Position numbers and translations under genes: made by a program
Source of the DNA: Candidatus Bathyarchaeia archaeon
GTDB lineage: Archaea > Thermoproteota > Bathyarchaeia > Bathyarchaeales > Bathycorpusculaceae
Length of the DNA: 64,000 bases
NCBI GenBank assembly: GCA_050015395.1
Contig: JBEKBM010000015.1
Coordinates: 689-64,688, forward strand
Direction of reading: 5' to 3'
Notes under the pieces: generated by a model
The model's input: only the letters and a program-made list of their open reading frames with translations
What the model was told of the DNA's origin: nothing
Database searches by the model: none
In this document: positions 16,781 to 25,405 of the stretch, one piece after another
Layout: each line of letters starts with the position of its first letter
How positions within the stretch are numbered: position 1 is the stretch's first letter

Positions 16781-17224
16781 ATGACTCAAAACCAAACATC
16801 AGCAGGAACCCAAAAAATCTCAAATTACATCATGATGATAGTCTTAATTGTTCTAGCGCTTTCCGTAGTTTCTCTATTATTAGCGGTCAGCGTCTACTTA
16901 AACGGTGTTTCCACACCAAGCCAAGCCGGAACAGACGATTTAGCAGCGGGTTTCCTAGCGATCGTTGGTTTAATCGCTCTGACCATGTCAATGTTCACAC
17001 TATACCAGTCACGGAGGCAAGCAGCAGAAATGAAAATTGAAATACCCAAAGTAATGACAACCGTCGAGTGCAAGAAATGTGGGACCAAAACCGTGCGAGA
17101 ATTCCAACGCGGTGATTATGTCTATAAAGAGCTTGACGCATGCCCGAAATGCCCTGACACAAAACAGTTAATCACTGCGGTTTACAAGGAAGTCAAAGAG
17201 AAAGAAAAAACATACAATGTCTAA
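16781..17224 (+). CDS. membrane protein with C-terminal zinc ribbon
   Basis: ATG preceded by AGGAGG. Two TM helices, then CKKCG...CPKCP. Confidence 0.7.
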   Translation: MTQNQTSAGTQKISNYIMMIVLIVLALSVVSLLLAVSVYLNGVSTPSQAGTDDLAAGFLAIVGLIALTMSMFTLYQSRRQAAEMKIEIPKVMTTVECKKCGTKTVREFQRGDYVYKELDACPKCPDTKQLITAVYKEVKEKEKTYNV

Positions 17225-18123
17225 GTCAAAACTTCACAGCCATCATCTTTTAAAAGCACCGTGTGCTCGGCTTGAGCAACGGGTTTTTTGCTTACTTCAA
17301 CGAATACTGGATAACTCATAATCGCTTTTGACGCAAGCAACTCCTTGAATGCAGCATGGTACTGCTCTTTGGGAACCACGCCCGTTAGCCATCGTTCAGC
17401 AAAAGGCAAAGTTCTAAAATTAGACTCAATGTACTTGAGTAGTTTTTTGGCAGAATCATTTTTTACTGATTTTGCTTTAAGTAAGCGGTAAATGGTTGTT
17501 TGCGGTGAGTCATCGACGCGTCCAACCGCTTCAGGCAATGTGACGAATGGTTCAATGGCGTAAACTTCGCCTGTTTTCACTTTCGTGAGTGACACTTGAG
17601 CCACGTTAGGTATAGATGTTCCCGCGTGAATTAGGTATCTTCCAACCGAGTGACCCGTCAGGTTTGAAATGGGTTTAAAACCGCGGTTTTTTATCGTGGT
17701 CTCTATTAAGCTCCCAATTTTGCCCAGCGCCATGTCGCCATGAATGTTTTCTATCACAGTTTTCAAAGCTTGTTCAGCAGTGTTTGCCATGCTTCTGCCT
17801 TCCGGATTGAAAGAAGCCGTGAATGCAGTGTCGGTGACGTAGCCGTCCACATGGGCACCTAGGTCTACTTTAACCGTGGACCCTTCAGGTATCCTTACCG
17901 TATCGTTGGGGGGTGAAGTGTAATGTGCGGCTACCTCGTTGATGCTGACGTTGCAGGGGAAAGCTGGTTTGCCGCCTTTAGCTCGGATTAATCCTTCGGT
18001 TTTCTCGCAGACATCGATGACTAGCATGTTTTCTTTGACGTAAGTTTTCATTTCTTCTCTTGTTTCACGCAGGATCCGTCCTGATAAGCGGAATTTTTCA
18101 AGTTCTTCTTTGTCGTATAGCAT
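17221..18123 (-). CDS. map: methionine aminopeptidase, type 2 (archaeal)
   Basis: AFPCNVSINEVAAHYTSPP, VKVDLGAHVDGYVTDTAFT, LTGHSVGRYLIHAG and AQAEHTVL are the metal-ligand blocks of type-2 MetAP. About 300 aa. Confidence 0.9.
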   Translation of the reverse strand: MLYDKEELEKFRLSGRILRETREEMKTYVKENMLVIDVCEKTEGLIRAKGGKPAFPCNVSINEVAAHYTSPPNDTVRIPEGSTVKVDLGAHVDGYVTDTAFTASFNPEGRSMANTAEQALKTVIENIHGDMALGKIGSLIETTIKNRGFKPISNLTGHSVGRYLIHAGTSIPNVAQVSLTKVKTGEVYAIEPFVTLPEAVGRVDDSPQTTIYRLLKAKSVKNDSAKKLLKYIESNFRTLPFAERWLTGVVPKEQYHAAFKELLASKAIMSYPVFVEVSKKPVAQAEHTVLLKDDGCEVLT

Positions 18124-18230
18124 CTTGTTTCACTTTGCTGTGTTAGATTGGATTATTGCGTGGATGCTTAAATGCGTAACTTATCCTGCTAAGGAGCCTA
18201 TCGAAAACTTGACTTTACATCGTAGGTTTT

Positions 18231-18791
18231 TTAGGGCTTGTAGATTTTTGGGTCAAGGATTGCAAAGTTGTTGCCGCCCGCGTGATAGAGCATCCTTGCC
18301 TTTTTCAGGTCATAGCTTTCCGTAAAGACGCCCATGTCTGCGTAGGCTTCAAGTATTTTGCCCACGAAAACCGTGTGGTCGCCTGTTGTAAATTTGCTGT
18401 CAACACTGCATTCCAGGTGGGCTATGCACTCGCGTATTGCTGGCGCCTTGACCTTTTTACCGGGCATCGGTGTCAGATTTGTTTTTTTGAATTTGTCAAA
18501 GCTTCTGCCCGTCAAGGAGCCGCATGCGTAGACGGCTTGCAGTGTCTCCAGTGTTGGAATATTCACAATGAATTCCCCTGACTCCTCAATTAGCGTGTGA
18601 GAGTGGCGGGTCGGCGCGAGGCTGATGGCTAAAAGCGGCGGGTTAATGGAGGTTGGCATAGCCCACGCGAGTGTTGTAATGTTTGGTTTGCCTGCTTTTC
18701 CACTACATGAAACCAAAACGGTGTGCATTGGGTGAAGAAGCCTATATGCCGAGGCAATGTTTACTTGAGTTTTTGCGGACACATAAATCAC
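18231..18791 (-). CDS. flavin reductase-like FMN-binding domain protein
   Basis: HTVLVSCSGKAGKPNITTLAWAMPTSINPPLLAISLAPTRHSHTLIEESGEFIVNIP is typical of the flavin reductase (DIM6/NTAB) family. Confidence 0.8.
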   Translation of the reverse strand: MIYVSAKTQVNIASAYRLLHPMHTVLVSCSGKAGKPNITTLAWAMPTSINPPLLAISLAPTRHSHTLIEESGEFIVNIPTLETLQAVYACGSLTGRSFDKFKKTNLTPMPGKKVKAPAIRECIAHLECSVDSKFTTGDHTVFVGKILEAYADMGVFTESYDLKKARMLYHAGGNNFAILDPKIYKP

Positions 18792-19360
18792 CTAATTGTA
18801 ATAACGTAATAGTGGTGAAGCACCGCACTTATTTCTTTTTTCTTTAGAGAAGTAACTGTTTTTTGCGTTTTATTTACGAAAGAGTTTTTATCTAAATTAC
18901 TTATTTACAGCAGAGAAATGGTGAGTTTATGGGCAGCATATTGATTGGTGCTTTCGCAGGTTTCATTGTAACCCTACTGTTAGGCGTACCTCTTGGTTTG
19001 TTGCTGCCTTTCGTGGGCGTCCTGATTGGTATGCTTGTCGGCGGGTTTGTTGCTGGAGTTCAGGGAGGACTTAGAACCGTTGCAGACCGCCATATTCCTT
19101 GTTGTTGCTGCAGAAGCCGCCGTGAACATGACGCTTGAATACCAAAATCTCCTATCGGGCAGAGGCTTAAGTAAAGATGATTACTTGCAACGTTCAGTCG
19201 CTTTAATGTTGCAAGGTATAGCTTCTAGCAACCTTAAAAAATGAAGCGCCTAAAAGTCAAGTTTACAGTGGGTTTGGCGGTTTATCAACATTTTTTATAC
19301 TGTTCTTTCTCGGGAGCTGTCAGTAATCATAAATTTGATGCGGGAGATTGCTGGCGTTTT

Positions 19361-19520
19361 TTTTACTCTTAGGGTTTCCTTCAAGTCATTGTATTGGGTG
19401 TCGATTTGCTTTTTTTGCGCCTTTAACGTTTCCTGTTCTTTTTTACTCTTAGGGTTTCCTTCAAGTCATTGTATTGGGTGTCGATTTGCTTTTTTTGCGC
19501 CTTTAACGTTTCCTGTTCTT
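19361..19520. repeat. exact 2 x 80-bp tandem duplication spanning the 3' end of the 588-aa gene
   Basis: 19361-19440 is identical to 19441-19520 (ttttactcttagggtttccttcaagtcattgtattgggtgtcgatttgctttttttgcgcctttaacgtttcctgttctt). Confidence 0.95.
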
Positions 19521-21189
19521 TTTGTTGTCGTTCTTCAAAGAATTTTTCCCTTTTTCCCTCAGCTATTTTCAGTAGCGTGTTTACGGTGGTGAGGACTTTA
19601 GTGTAGTGAGATTCTGGTATTAATTCCCCATTTCTTTTCTCCCAGTCAAGGTAGGATGTTACGTAATCTTTAACTGTTGATATCAATGCTTGTTCAGTTT
19701 CTTGATAATGTTCCGGAGAGTCTTTAAGGTTTTCTAACTTTTCTTGCAGTTTGACAAGAACTTCTTGCAGGAAAAGGACGCCTTTTGATAACATTTCAAG
19801 ATGGGCGATTCCATCCGATTGTTGTAATTTAACAACCTTGCGGCTGAAGTCCTCGACTTCTTTTTCCGCTTTATCGAAGCTTACAGCTTGGCTTATTAAC
19901 AGAGCCTTTGTCTCTACTCCTTTTGAAGTGTAGAAGTCTATGTCAGCCATAATTCCCTGTACGTCAGTTTGAGTAATGAGTGCATCAATCACCTTGCTGG
20001 ACCCCCAATACCCTGAAATATCGTTCGATGACATTTGTGTTCTGGTTGTTATTGCTTCTTTTAATTTGTTATTAGAAACTTTTATGTTTCGCAAAACATC
20101 CCCAGAATAGTTTGCAAGGCATTTGGATACTTCATTTGTTGAGATATCAAGCGCATTAACTGAGTTTCTGTCCAGGAACGGACAATTCAACTTAAAGTTT
20201 TCTTCGTATTCGTTCAGGTTTAAATCTATGTTTTTTAAGTCCTGGGGGATTGGTAGTTGTTTATTAGCGACCTCTTGAATCAAGTTAGCAAGATTAGAGC
20301 GATTTTTTTCTTGGTTGATTTTTATTTGTGGTCTTTCAGTCGAGTATTTTTTTATGAATTTTTTTAATAATTCCTCGATTTCACCTAAATCTATATTATC
20401 GATGATAGCAAGGTTTACAGATGTGGGAAACGTTATTTTCTCGGCAATTACATACGCCAAAAACCGCTCGACAAGGTCCTCTTGATTTTCTGAACGCAGC
20501 TGAAAGACGTATTTGGGGGGTTCAGGGTCCATCTGAGGTTTTGAGGGTTGACCGTATATTATTACGATGTTTTCTCGGTATTCTTCATCCAACGGTGTCA
20601 AGATAGCTGAGAATGACCATCTTATAACATTGGGGCTGAGCATTAAGTTGTTTAAATCGTTCAGTCCCTCTTCGAGTGTTGTCACGTACTTCTTGATTTT
20701 GCTCCCTCTGTAACCTACGCATTCTTGAAGTACATCGTACTCAGAAACGTTATTTTCGATTGTTTCGTTTGTTTCAACAGTCACTTTTTGAGGAGTAAGA
20801 TTCAAGTCTGTTTGGCTCTTTGAGAATATTTCTTGATAGTTAGTGCCGTTTTCTTTGAAGAACTTTTCAAAGTTCATACTGTATTTGAAGGCGTCGGATA
20901 GGTTGATCGCGAAGTATTGGAGGAATGGAACCAGAATGGTTTCCCTTCCCGGCTGCTTTGAACGAACTATCTCTCCGCTTCCGAATACTTGTTTGTTGCC
21001 CAGATGCGTTTTAACTGGGTACACAAAATAGAATTTTTGGCCTGGTTGAAGTAAATATGAGTATTTTTGCGCGCTTAATAATTCAGCTATGTGGTTATCT
21101 GCATCGAGTTCTGATGGGCGGGTGTCCCCCGAAATTAGGTATTTGTAGCCGCTGGTTGAATGAAAGTTTATTCCTTGTATGAACTCCAT
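19423..21189 (-). CDS. uncharacterised ~588-aa protein with a long C-terminal coiled-coil, last gene of the GTPase operon
   Basis: The track ORF 19423..21219 starts at a GTG. The ATG at 21189 (MEFIQGINF...) overlaps the TAA of the upstream reading frame (TAATG), so it is the more likely start. No catalytic motif recognised. The C-terminal ~200 aa are heptad-rich (LQEVLVKLQEKLENLKD..., EERQQKEQETLKAQKKQIDTQYNDLKETL). Confidence 0.75.
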   Translation of the reverse strand: MEFIQGINFHSTSGYKYLISGDTRPSELDADNHIAELLSAQKYSYLLQPGQKFYFVYPVKTHLGNKQVFGSGEIVRSKQPGRETILVPFLQYFAINLSDAFKYSMNFEKFFKENGTNYQEIFSKSQTDLNLTPQKVTVETNETIENNVSEYDVLQECVGYRGSKIKKYVTTLEEGLNDLNNLMLSPNVIRWSFSAILTPLDEEYRENIVIIYGQPSKPQMDPEPPKYVFQLRSENQEDLVERFLAYVIAEKITFPTSVNLAIIDNIDLGEIEELLKKFIKKYSTERPQIKINQEKNRSNLANLIQEVANKQLPIPQDLKNIDLNLNEYEENFKLNCPFLDRNSVNALDISTNEVSKCLANYSGDVLRNIKVSNNKLKEAITTRTQMSSNDISGYWGSSKVIDALITQTDVQGIMADIDFYTSKGVETKALLISQAVSFDKAEKEVEDFSRKVVKLQQSDGIAHLEMLSKGVLFLQEVLVKLQEKLENLKDSPEHYQETEQALISTVKDYVTSYLDWEKRNGELIPESHYTKVLTTVNTLLKIAEGKREKFFEERQQKEQETLKAQKKQIDTQYNDLKETLRVKKNRKR

Positions 21190-22179
21190 TATTCCACTCC
21201 GAATGTATCTCTTAACCACTCTAATAGGCGCACGTACTCTTGCCCGTTGTATTCAACTATCTTTATGTGCTTACGGTTATTTGTATATAGTGTACTTTGG
21301 ACAGCCATCTCTATCTATTTCTTCCTTTAATTTGGAGTAAAAAATTTTGAAAACCGTTCCATCACGCTTGCCAAAACGTAAAATATAATCGTATACTTTG
21401 GGAAGATGTTTTTCAGCAATTTCTTGTAGTTGCGTATCACTTGGATTTTCATAGCCTGGCAACATGAACTTATCATATTTAGAAAATAACAATGCTATGC
21501 CTCTTAGATTTCGTCCATGTGCGATGGCGTACTGATTAAATGTATCAAGATACGATGCTAAAGCAATGTCAGGGGATTCTCGTTGAGCTAATAGGCTGGA
21601 ATCTGCCACTAGAATTATCCCTTTTGCTGTGAGCACATTGTTGGTTAAATACTCGGCGTCTTCTTGTTGTAAACCAGCCTCTAGCAATTTCTGTTTAACT
21701 TGATCTGGACTCAACAAAAATTAATTCTGGGAATACCTTAATTAGCGTACTAGTAGTCTGTCCGCTCATATCTGCGAAAATTAGTCTAATGCTCCTTTTT
21801 GACATCAAGAATCGTTGTTTAAATTCTATGTTCAATTGGACTTTTGTATCCTTGTCACTGTTAGAAGAAAAAATGGAGCTCTTCCATCCAATACGAGGTT
21901 ATATGCCTCGTGATATAGGTCGAATCCTTGAGCTCTTACAAAAGGCGTGTAGATGCATTTGAACTCGTCTCAATAATTAACCAAAGTTTGGTAGAGTAAA
22001 ATTAGGCTTGTTGTTTTTCCAGACGACCGAGGTCCTATAAAGATGACGGTTGCTGCTGTATCATGTCTATTATCTCTGTTACCTTGTGCGCTACTGCTCA
22101 TTTTTGGGTCGCTCTTTTCTTTGGTTAGAGGGTATCCTTCATTATACGGCGAACGCTGGTCTGGAATGTAAGTGCCCAA
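21189..22179 (-). pseudogene. decayed paralogue of the P-loop GTPase-like gene 22231..23148
   Basis: Pieces in three frames align colinearly with the intact neighbour: VIFIGPRSSGKTTSLILLYQTLVNY, then TGA, then DEFKCIYTP...; LNIEFKQ...IRLIFADMSGQTTSTLIKVFPEL; LSPDQVKQKLLEAGLQQEDAEYL...IALLFSKYDKF...; TNNRKHIKIVEYNGQEYVRLLEWLRDTFGVE, then stop. That is one in-frame TGA (21970-21972) and at least 3 frameshifts, two at homopolymer runs (21868-21873 and 21716-21720). Confidence 0.8.
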
Positions 22180-22230
22180 GTTAGGGGTTCTTTGAACCCT
22201 GTTTGAATTAGGGCCAGATCCTTTGGTTAA

Positions 22231-23148
22231 CTATTCACCAAAGGTGTCTCTAAGCCATTCGATAAGTTGCCGGTATTGTTGTACGCTGTATTCAACCCTG
22301 TTTTGGTGGCGCGCATTGTTGGTATTCACTACAAAAAGGCGCCCACCTTCAGCATCGTCTTGTGGCTTCAATACGGAATAGAAAATCTTGAATAGTGTTT
22401 TGTTATTTTTAGTGAAATTTGACGCATAATTTTCAGTTTGACACAGGTAGTTCTTTGCCAGTTCTCTTAATTTTTCAGCCTTTGGGTTGCCGTAGCCAGG
22501 AACAGAAAACTGGTCAAATTTCGTTAGTAACAAGGCAAACCCTTTTGGTGCTTCACCGTGCATTTCTGCATACTGATAAAGGTTGTTTAGGTATTTCGCT
22601 AACTCAGGGTCTGGAGACTCTGGGGTCCCAAGTTTACTCGCGTCTGCGACTAGGATTACTCCTTTTGATGAAAGCAGCGTATGTACTAAGTAATCGACAT
22701 CTTCTTGGTTTATGTTAGCCTCTTCGAGTTGTTCTCGAACCTTTTGTGGGCTTGAGTTGATGAGGGTTGGAAAAACTTTCATTAATGTTTTGCTGATTTC
22801 TCCGCTCATATCGGCAAAGAGCAGTTTGACCTTTTTCTTTTTGTGTATAATGCCGCCGTCGAATTCGATGTTGAATTCAATTCTTGCGTCTTTTTTGCTT
22901 GGCGGCGTCGGTGTAACTGAAATTCCATTGAGTATGAGGTTGTTTGTTTCTACAAACAGGTCTAGTGCGTCGTTTTTAATCGATGGAGTGTAAGTACATT
23001 TTAAATCGTCTCGGTAATCTATGAGTGTTTGGTGAAGTAAAACTATGCCCGTGGTTTTTCCTGACTTTGATGGTCCGACGAAGATGACGCCTGCACCTTC
23101 CCCTTCGTTATCTTTATTATCTTTACTTATTGGTACTTTAGTGCTCAT
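22231..23148 (-). CDS. P-loop NTPase with GTPase-type motifs, uncharacterised family
   Basis: G1 GPSKSGKT; G3-like LLFADMSGE (DxxG); G4-like LLLTKFD ([NT]KxD). 305 aa, with unusually long G1-G3 and G3-G4 spacers. Confidence 0.75.
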   Translation of the reverse strand: MSTKVPISKDNKDNEGEGAGVIFVGPSKSGKTTGIVLLHQTLIDYRDDLKCTYTPSIKNDALDLFVETNNLILNGISVTPTPPSKKDARIEFNIEFDGGIIHKKKKVKLLFADMSGEISKTLMKVFPTLINSSPQKVREQLEEANINQEDVDYLVHTLLSSKGVILVADASKLGTPESPDPELAKYLNNLYQYAEMHGEAPKGFALLLTKFDQFSVPGYGNPKAEKLRELAKNYLCQTENYASNFTKNNKTLFKIFYSVLKPQDDAEGGRLFVVNTNNARHQNRVEYSVQQYRQLIEWLRDTFGE

Positions 23149-23197
23149 TTGTCCCCCTTAACCTCCTCCTCTAACAAGTCTTGTATAGTCAGGTTTT

Positions 23198-23265
23198 TGG
23201 ATATAAGATTATCGTATTAGCGCTAACCTGATGGATATAAGATTATCGTATTAGCGCTAACCTGA
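23198..23265. repeat. exact 2 x 34-bp tandem repeat 50 bp upstream of the GTPase operon start
   Basis: tggatataagattatcgtattagcgctaacctga at 23198-23231 and again at 23232-23265. Confidence 0.95.
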
Positions 23266-23331
23266 AAGAGCATTTGAGAGCTAAAAAAATTCATGTTTAC
23301 TCATGTGGGCTATCATTTGCAACGGTCTGTG

Positions 23332-24438
23332 TTAGCGTTTTATGTGGTATTGTTCGATTACGTCTTTGGCCTTTTCCCGTCGTTCCCTGTGCTGTTCGAG
23401 GAACTTGTTGAGTTTTTCTGCTATGTCTTTTTTGCATTCGCCGCATAGCATTTCGCCTGCGCGGCATTTACGTTCACGTTCCGAGAGCTTCCCAGAATCC
23501 TCTTCGAAAAGGTAGAAGTAGTATTGGAAGATGCTGCAGACTGTTGGGTCAGCCCCTGTTTTTCGTTGTTCTGCGGCTGTGCCTTTGCCTCCTGTGAAAG
23601 CGTTCCAAATCTTCTTCTTCACCACGTCGGGTGGGTCAATGGTGAATATGCTGGTTTCGGGCATGCTGGCGCTCATTTTTCCGCCTGCGCCGAGCCCAGG
23701 TAGGAAGCGGCAGTGGATCTGCGCGGGCTTATAATAGCCGAGTTTTTGGGCTATATCGCGTGTCACTCTCCAGTAGGGGTCTTGGTCGATGGCTGCGGGG
23801 ATGAGGGCTGGGACATTTTCGCCTGTGAGTTTTTTGTGGATGAAGCATGGTGCGGCTTGGATGGCTGGCCAGAATACCCAGCCGATGTTGGTGCTGTCTT
23901 GGAAGCCAAAGCTGCTGCGGGCGGTGCTGTAAGTGATGCGTTTGGCTACTTCAAGTGTAATGTCGTACAGTAAATCGATATCTTCGGTGTCATAAATGAT
24001 GAAAGTGTTCTCTGGTTTGAATCCCAGCGCTATGAGATCTAGGGCGTTTTCATATGCGTATTTGCGCGTTTCTTTCAGGTTGGCGTCGTCATCTATGAGG
24101 TATTTTTCGTCGTCTGTTAGCTGGAAGTATAATCGCGTATTGAATTTTTGTTGAATGTGAAGCGTGAAAATCCATGGAACGAGGTGCCCGATATGCACGG
24201 GACCAGATGGTCCCCTGCCAGTGTAAAGGACGAATTTTATGCCTTTATCGTAAAGATCCAGAACAGTGTCTAGGTCACGGTGGCTGAAGAATATTTTTCT
24301 TTCAAGTTGAACGTGCAGTTTGCCTGTGTCTTTTTCCATTTTCTCAAGAAGTTGGGTGGTTAATGGTTGGGTGCCGAATTCGCGTATTAAACGTTCGTAG
24401 TCTAATTTGCCTTTTACTTCCCAAGGTGTGACTACCAT
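23332..24438 (-). CDS. trpS: tryptophanyl-tRNA synthetase (archaeal/eukaryal type)
   Basis: N-terminus VTPWEVKGKLDYERLIREFGTQPL, HIGH-like PVHIGHLVPW and a KMSAS motif. 368 aa. Confidence 0.9.
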   Translation of the reverse strand: MVVTPWEVKGKLDYERLIREFGTQPLTTQLLEKMEKDTGKLHVQLERKIFFSHRDLDTVLDLYDKGIKFVLYTGRGPSGPVHIGHLVPWIFTLHIQQKFNTRLYFQLTDDEKYLIDDDANLKETRKYAYENALDLIALGFKPENTFIIYDTEDIDLLYDITLEVAKRITYSTARSSFGFQDSTNIGWVFWPAIQAAPCFIHKKLTGENVPALIPAAIDQDPYWRVTRDIAQKLGYYKPAQIHCRFLPGLGAGGKMSASMPETSIFTIDPPDVVKKKIWNAFTGGKGTAAEQRKTGADPTVCSIFQYYFYLFEEDSGKLSERERKCRAGEMLCGECKKDIAEKLNKFLEQHRERREKAKDVIEQYHIKR

Positions 24439-24636
24439 TTCGTTATTGTTTTCTTCAGCGTTGGATGAAGCCGTCTTGTATCACCAGTCCTATAGTCAAG
24501 AGAAAACGCGTTTTATCATATATGCTTTTTCGGTGAGGACGCTATTCTGCTGTTGGCAGCTGTATGGTTCTGGTTGTATCTATCCGAAAAGTTTAATTTT
24601 TCTGGTGATTTACTTATTATTCGGTAATTCAGAAAA

Positions 24637-24870
24637 ATGCAAGAAAGTCGAGTGGGTTCCAAAGGAGAGCTATTTCCTCCCAAGGAAATGAGAGAAAAAC
24701 TAGGGCTTAAAGCTTCCACTAAGGTAATATTCACAATCGAATCAGGAAGACTTATCGTTGAGCCTGTTCCCACCATAAAAGAACTTATTGAGGCAGGCAC
24801 AACCATTGAAATAACTCTGGATGAATTTCATAAGGACAGAAAAGAGCTCTCCAGGCTGGCTGAGGCTTGA
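24637..24870 (+). CDS. vapB: AbrB/SpoVT-family antitoxin (VapB-like)
   Basis: VGSKGELFPPKEMREKLGLKASTKVIFTIESGRLIVEP is a swapped-hairpin AbrB-type motif. It overlaps the downstream PIN gene by 4 nt. Confidence 0.75.
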   Translation: MQESRVGSKGELFPPKEMREKLGLKASTKVIFTIESGRLIVEPVPTIKELIEAGTTIEITLDEFHKDRKELSRLAEA

Positions 24871-25337
24871 AACTTCTACTGGATACAACATATCTTCTTC
24901 CAAGCGTAAGCATTGCTATCAAAGAAGTTTCTAAAGACGCAATAATCAAGCTAAACACGAAAGGGTATAATATAGTCGTTAGCCGAATAAGCATTTTCGA
25001 ACTTTTAGCAAAAAGCTCTAAATTCGTTGTCAAAAATGAGCTTTCGCCCGAAAGAGCAGCGCTCGGCATAAGAGCGATACTTTATGACGATATTATTGAA
25101 AAAATATCAACTGACAGTAGCAAAGTCATGTTAACAGCGTTCAAACTACGAAGCTTGATGAATGACTTTATCGATTGTCTCATAATTTCAACTGCTCTCA
25201 ACAACTGTGATGCCTTAATAACAGAGAACCAAGACATTCACAACCTAAAGAAAAACAAGAAATACCTCGAACTAGTAGCAAGTATAAACCCAAACTTCAA
25301 AATCCAAACTTTAGCCCAAATTTGCAGCCAGCAATAA
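24867..25337 (+). CDS. vapC: PIN-domain toxin (VapC-like)
   Basis: N-terminal LLLDTTYLL (first acidic residue). C-terminal FIDCLIISTALNNCDALITENQD is the typical PIN pattern. Confidence 0.75.
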   Translation: MKLLLDTTYLLPSVSIAIKEVSKDAIIKLNTKGYNIVVSRISIFELLAKSSKFVVKNELSPERAALGIRAILYDDIIEKISTDSSKVMLTAFKLRSLMNDFIDCLIISTALNNCDALITENQDIHNLKKNKKYLELVASINPNFKIQTLAQICSQQ

Positions 25338-25405
25338 CTTTGGTTCTATGGTTGTGCAATAGCTTTTTTAATCTTCACTTTTAACTTTATTCGCGGTGCA
25401 TAAGT

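Noticed and set aside
18929-19244. Two overlapping small ORFs (69 and 72 aa) that could be one frameshifted small membrane protein
   Set aside because: The first is plausibly a two-helix membrane peptide. There is no family motif or homologue to anchor a frameshift call, so the evidence is too weak to annotate.
19361-19520. The tandem repeats here and at 23198-23265 as a possible CRISPR array
   Set aside because: Each has only two copies, directly abutting with no spacers. One overlaps a coding 3' end. No cas genes are present in the window.
21190-21219. GTG-initiated 10-codon extension of the large coiled-coil gene (track start 21219)
   Set aside because: These codons are the out-of-frame C-terminus (...EWLRDTFGVE) of the upstream paralogue. 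The ATG at 21189, overlapping its TAA, is the more natural start.
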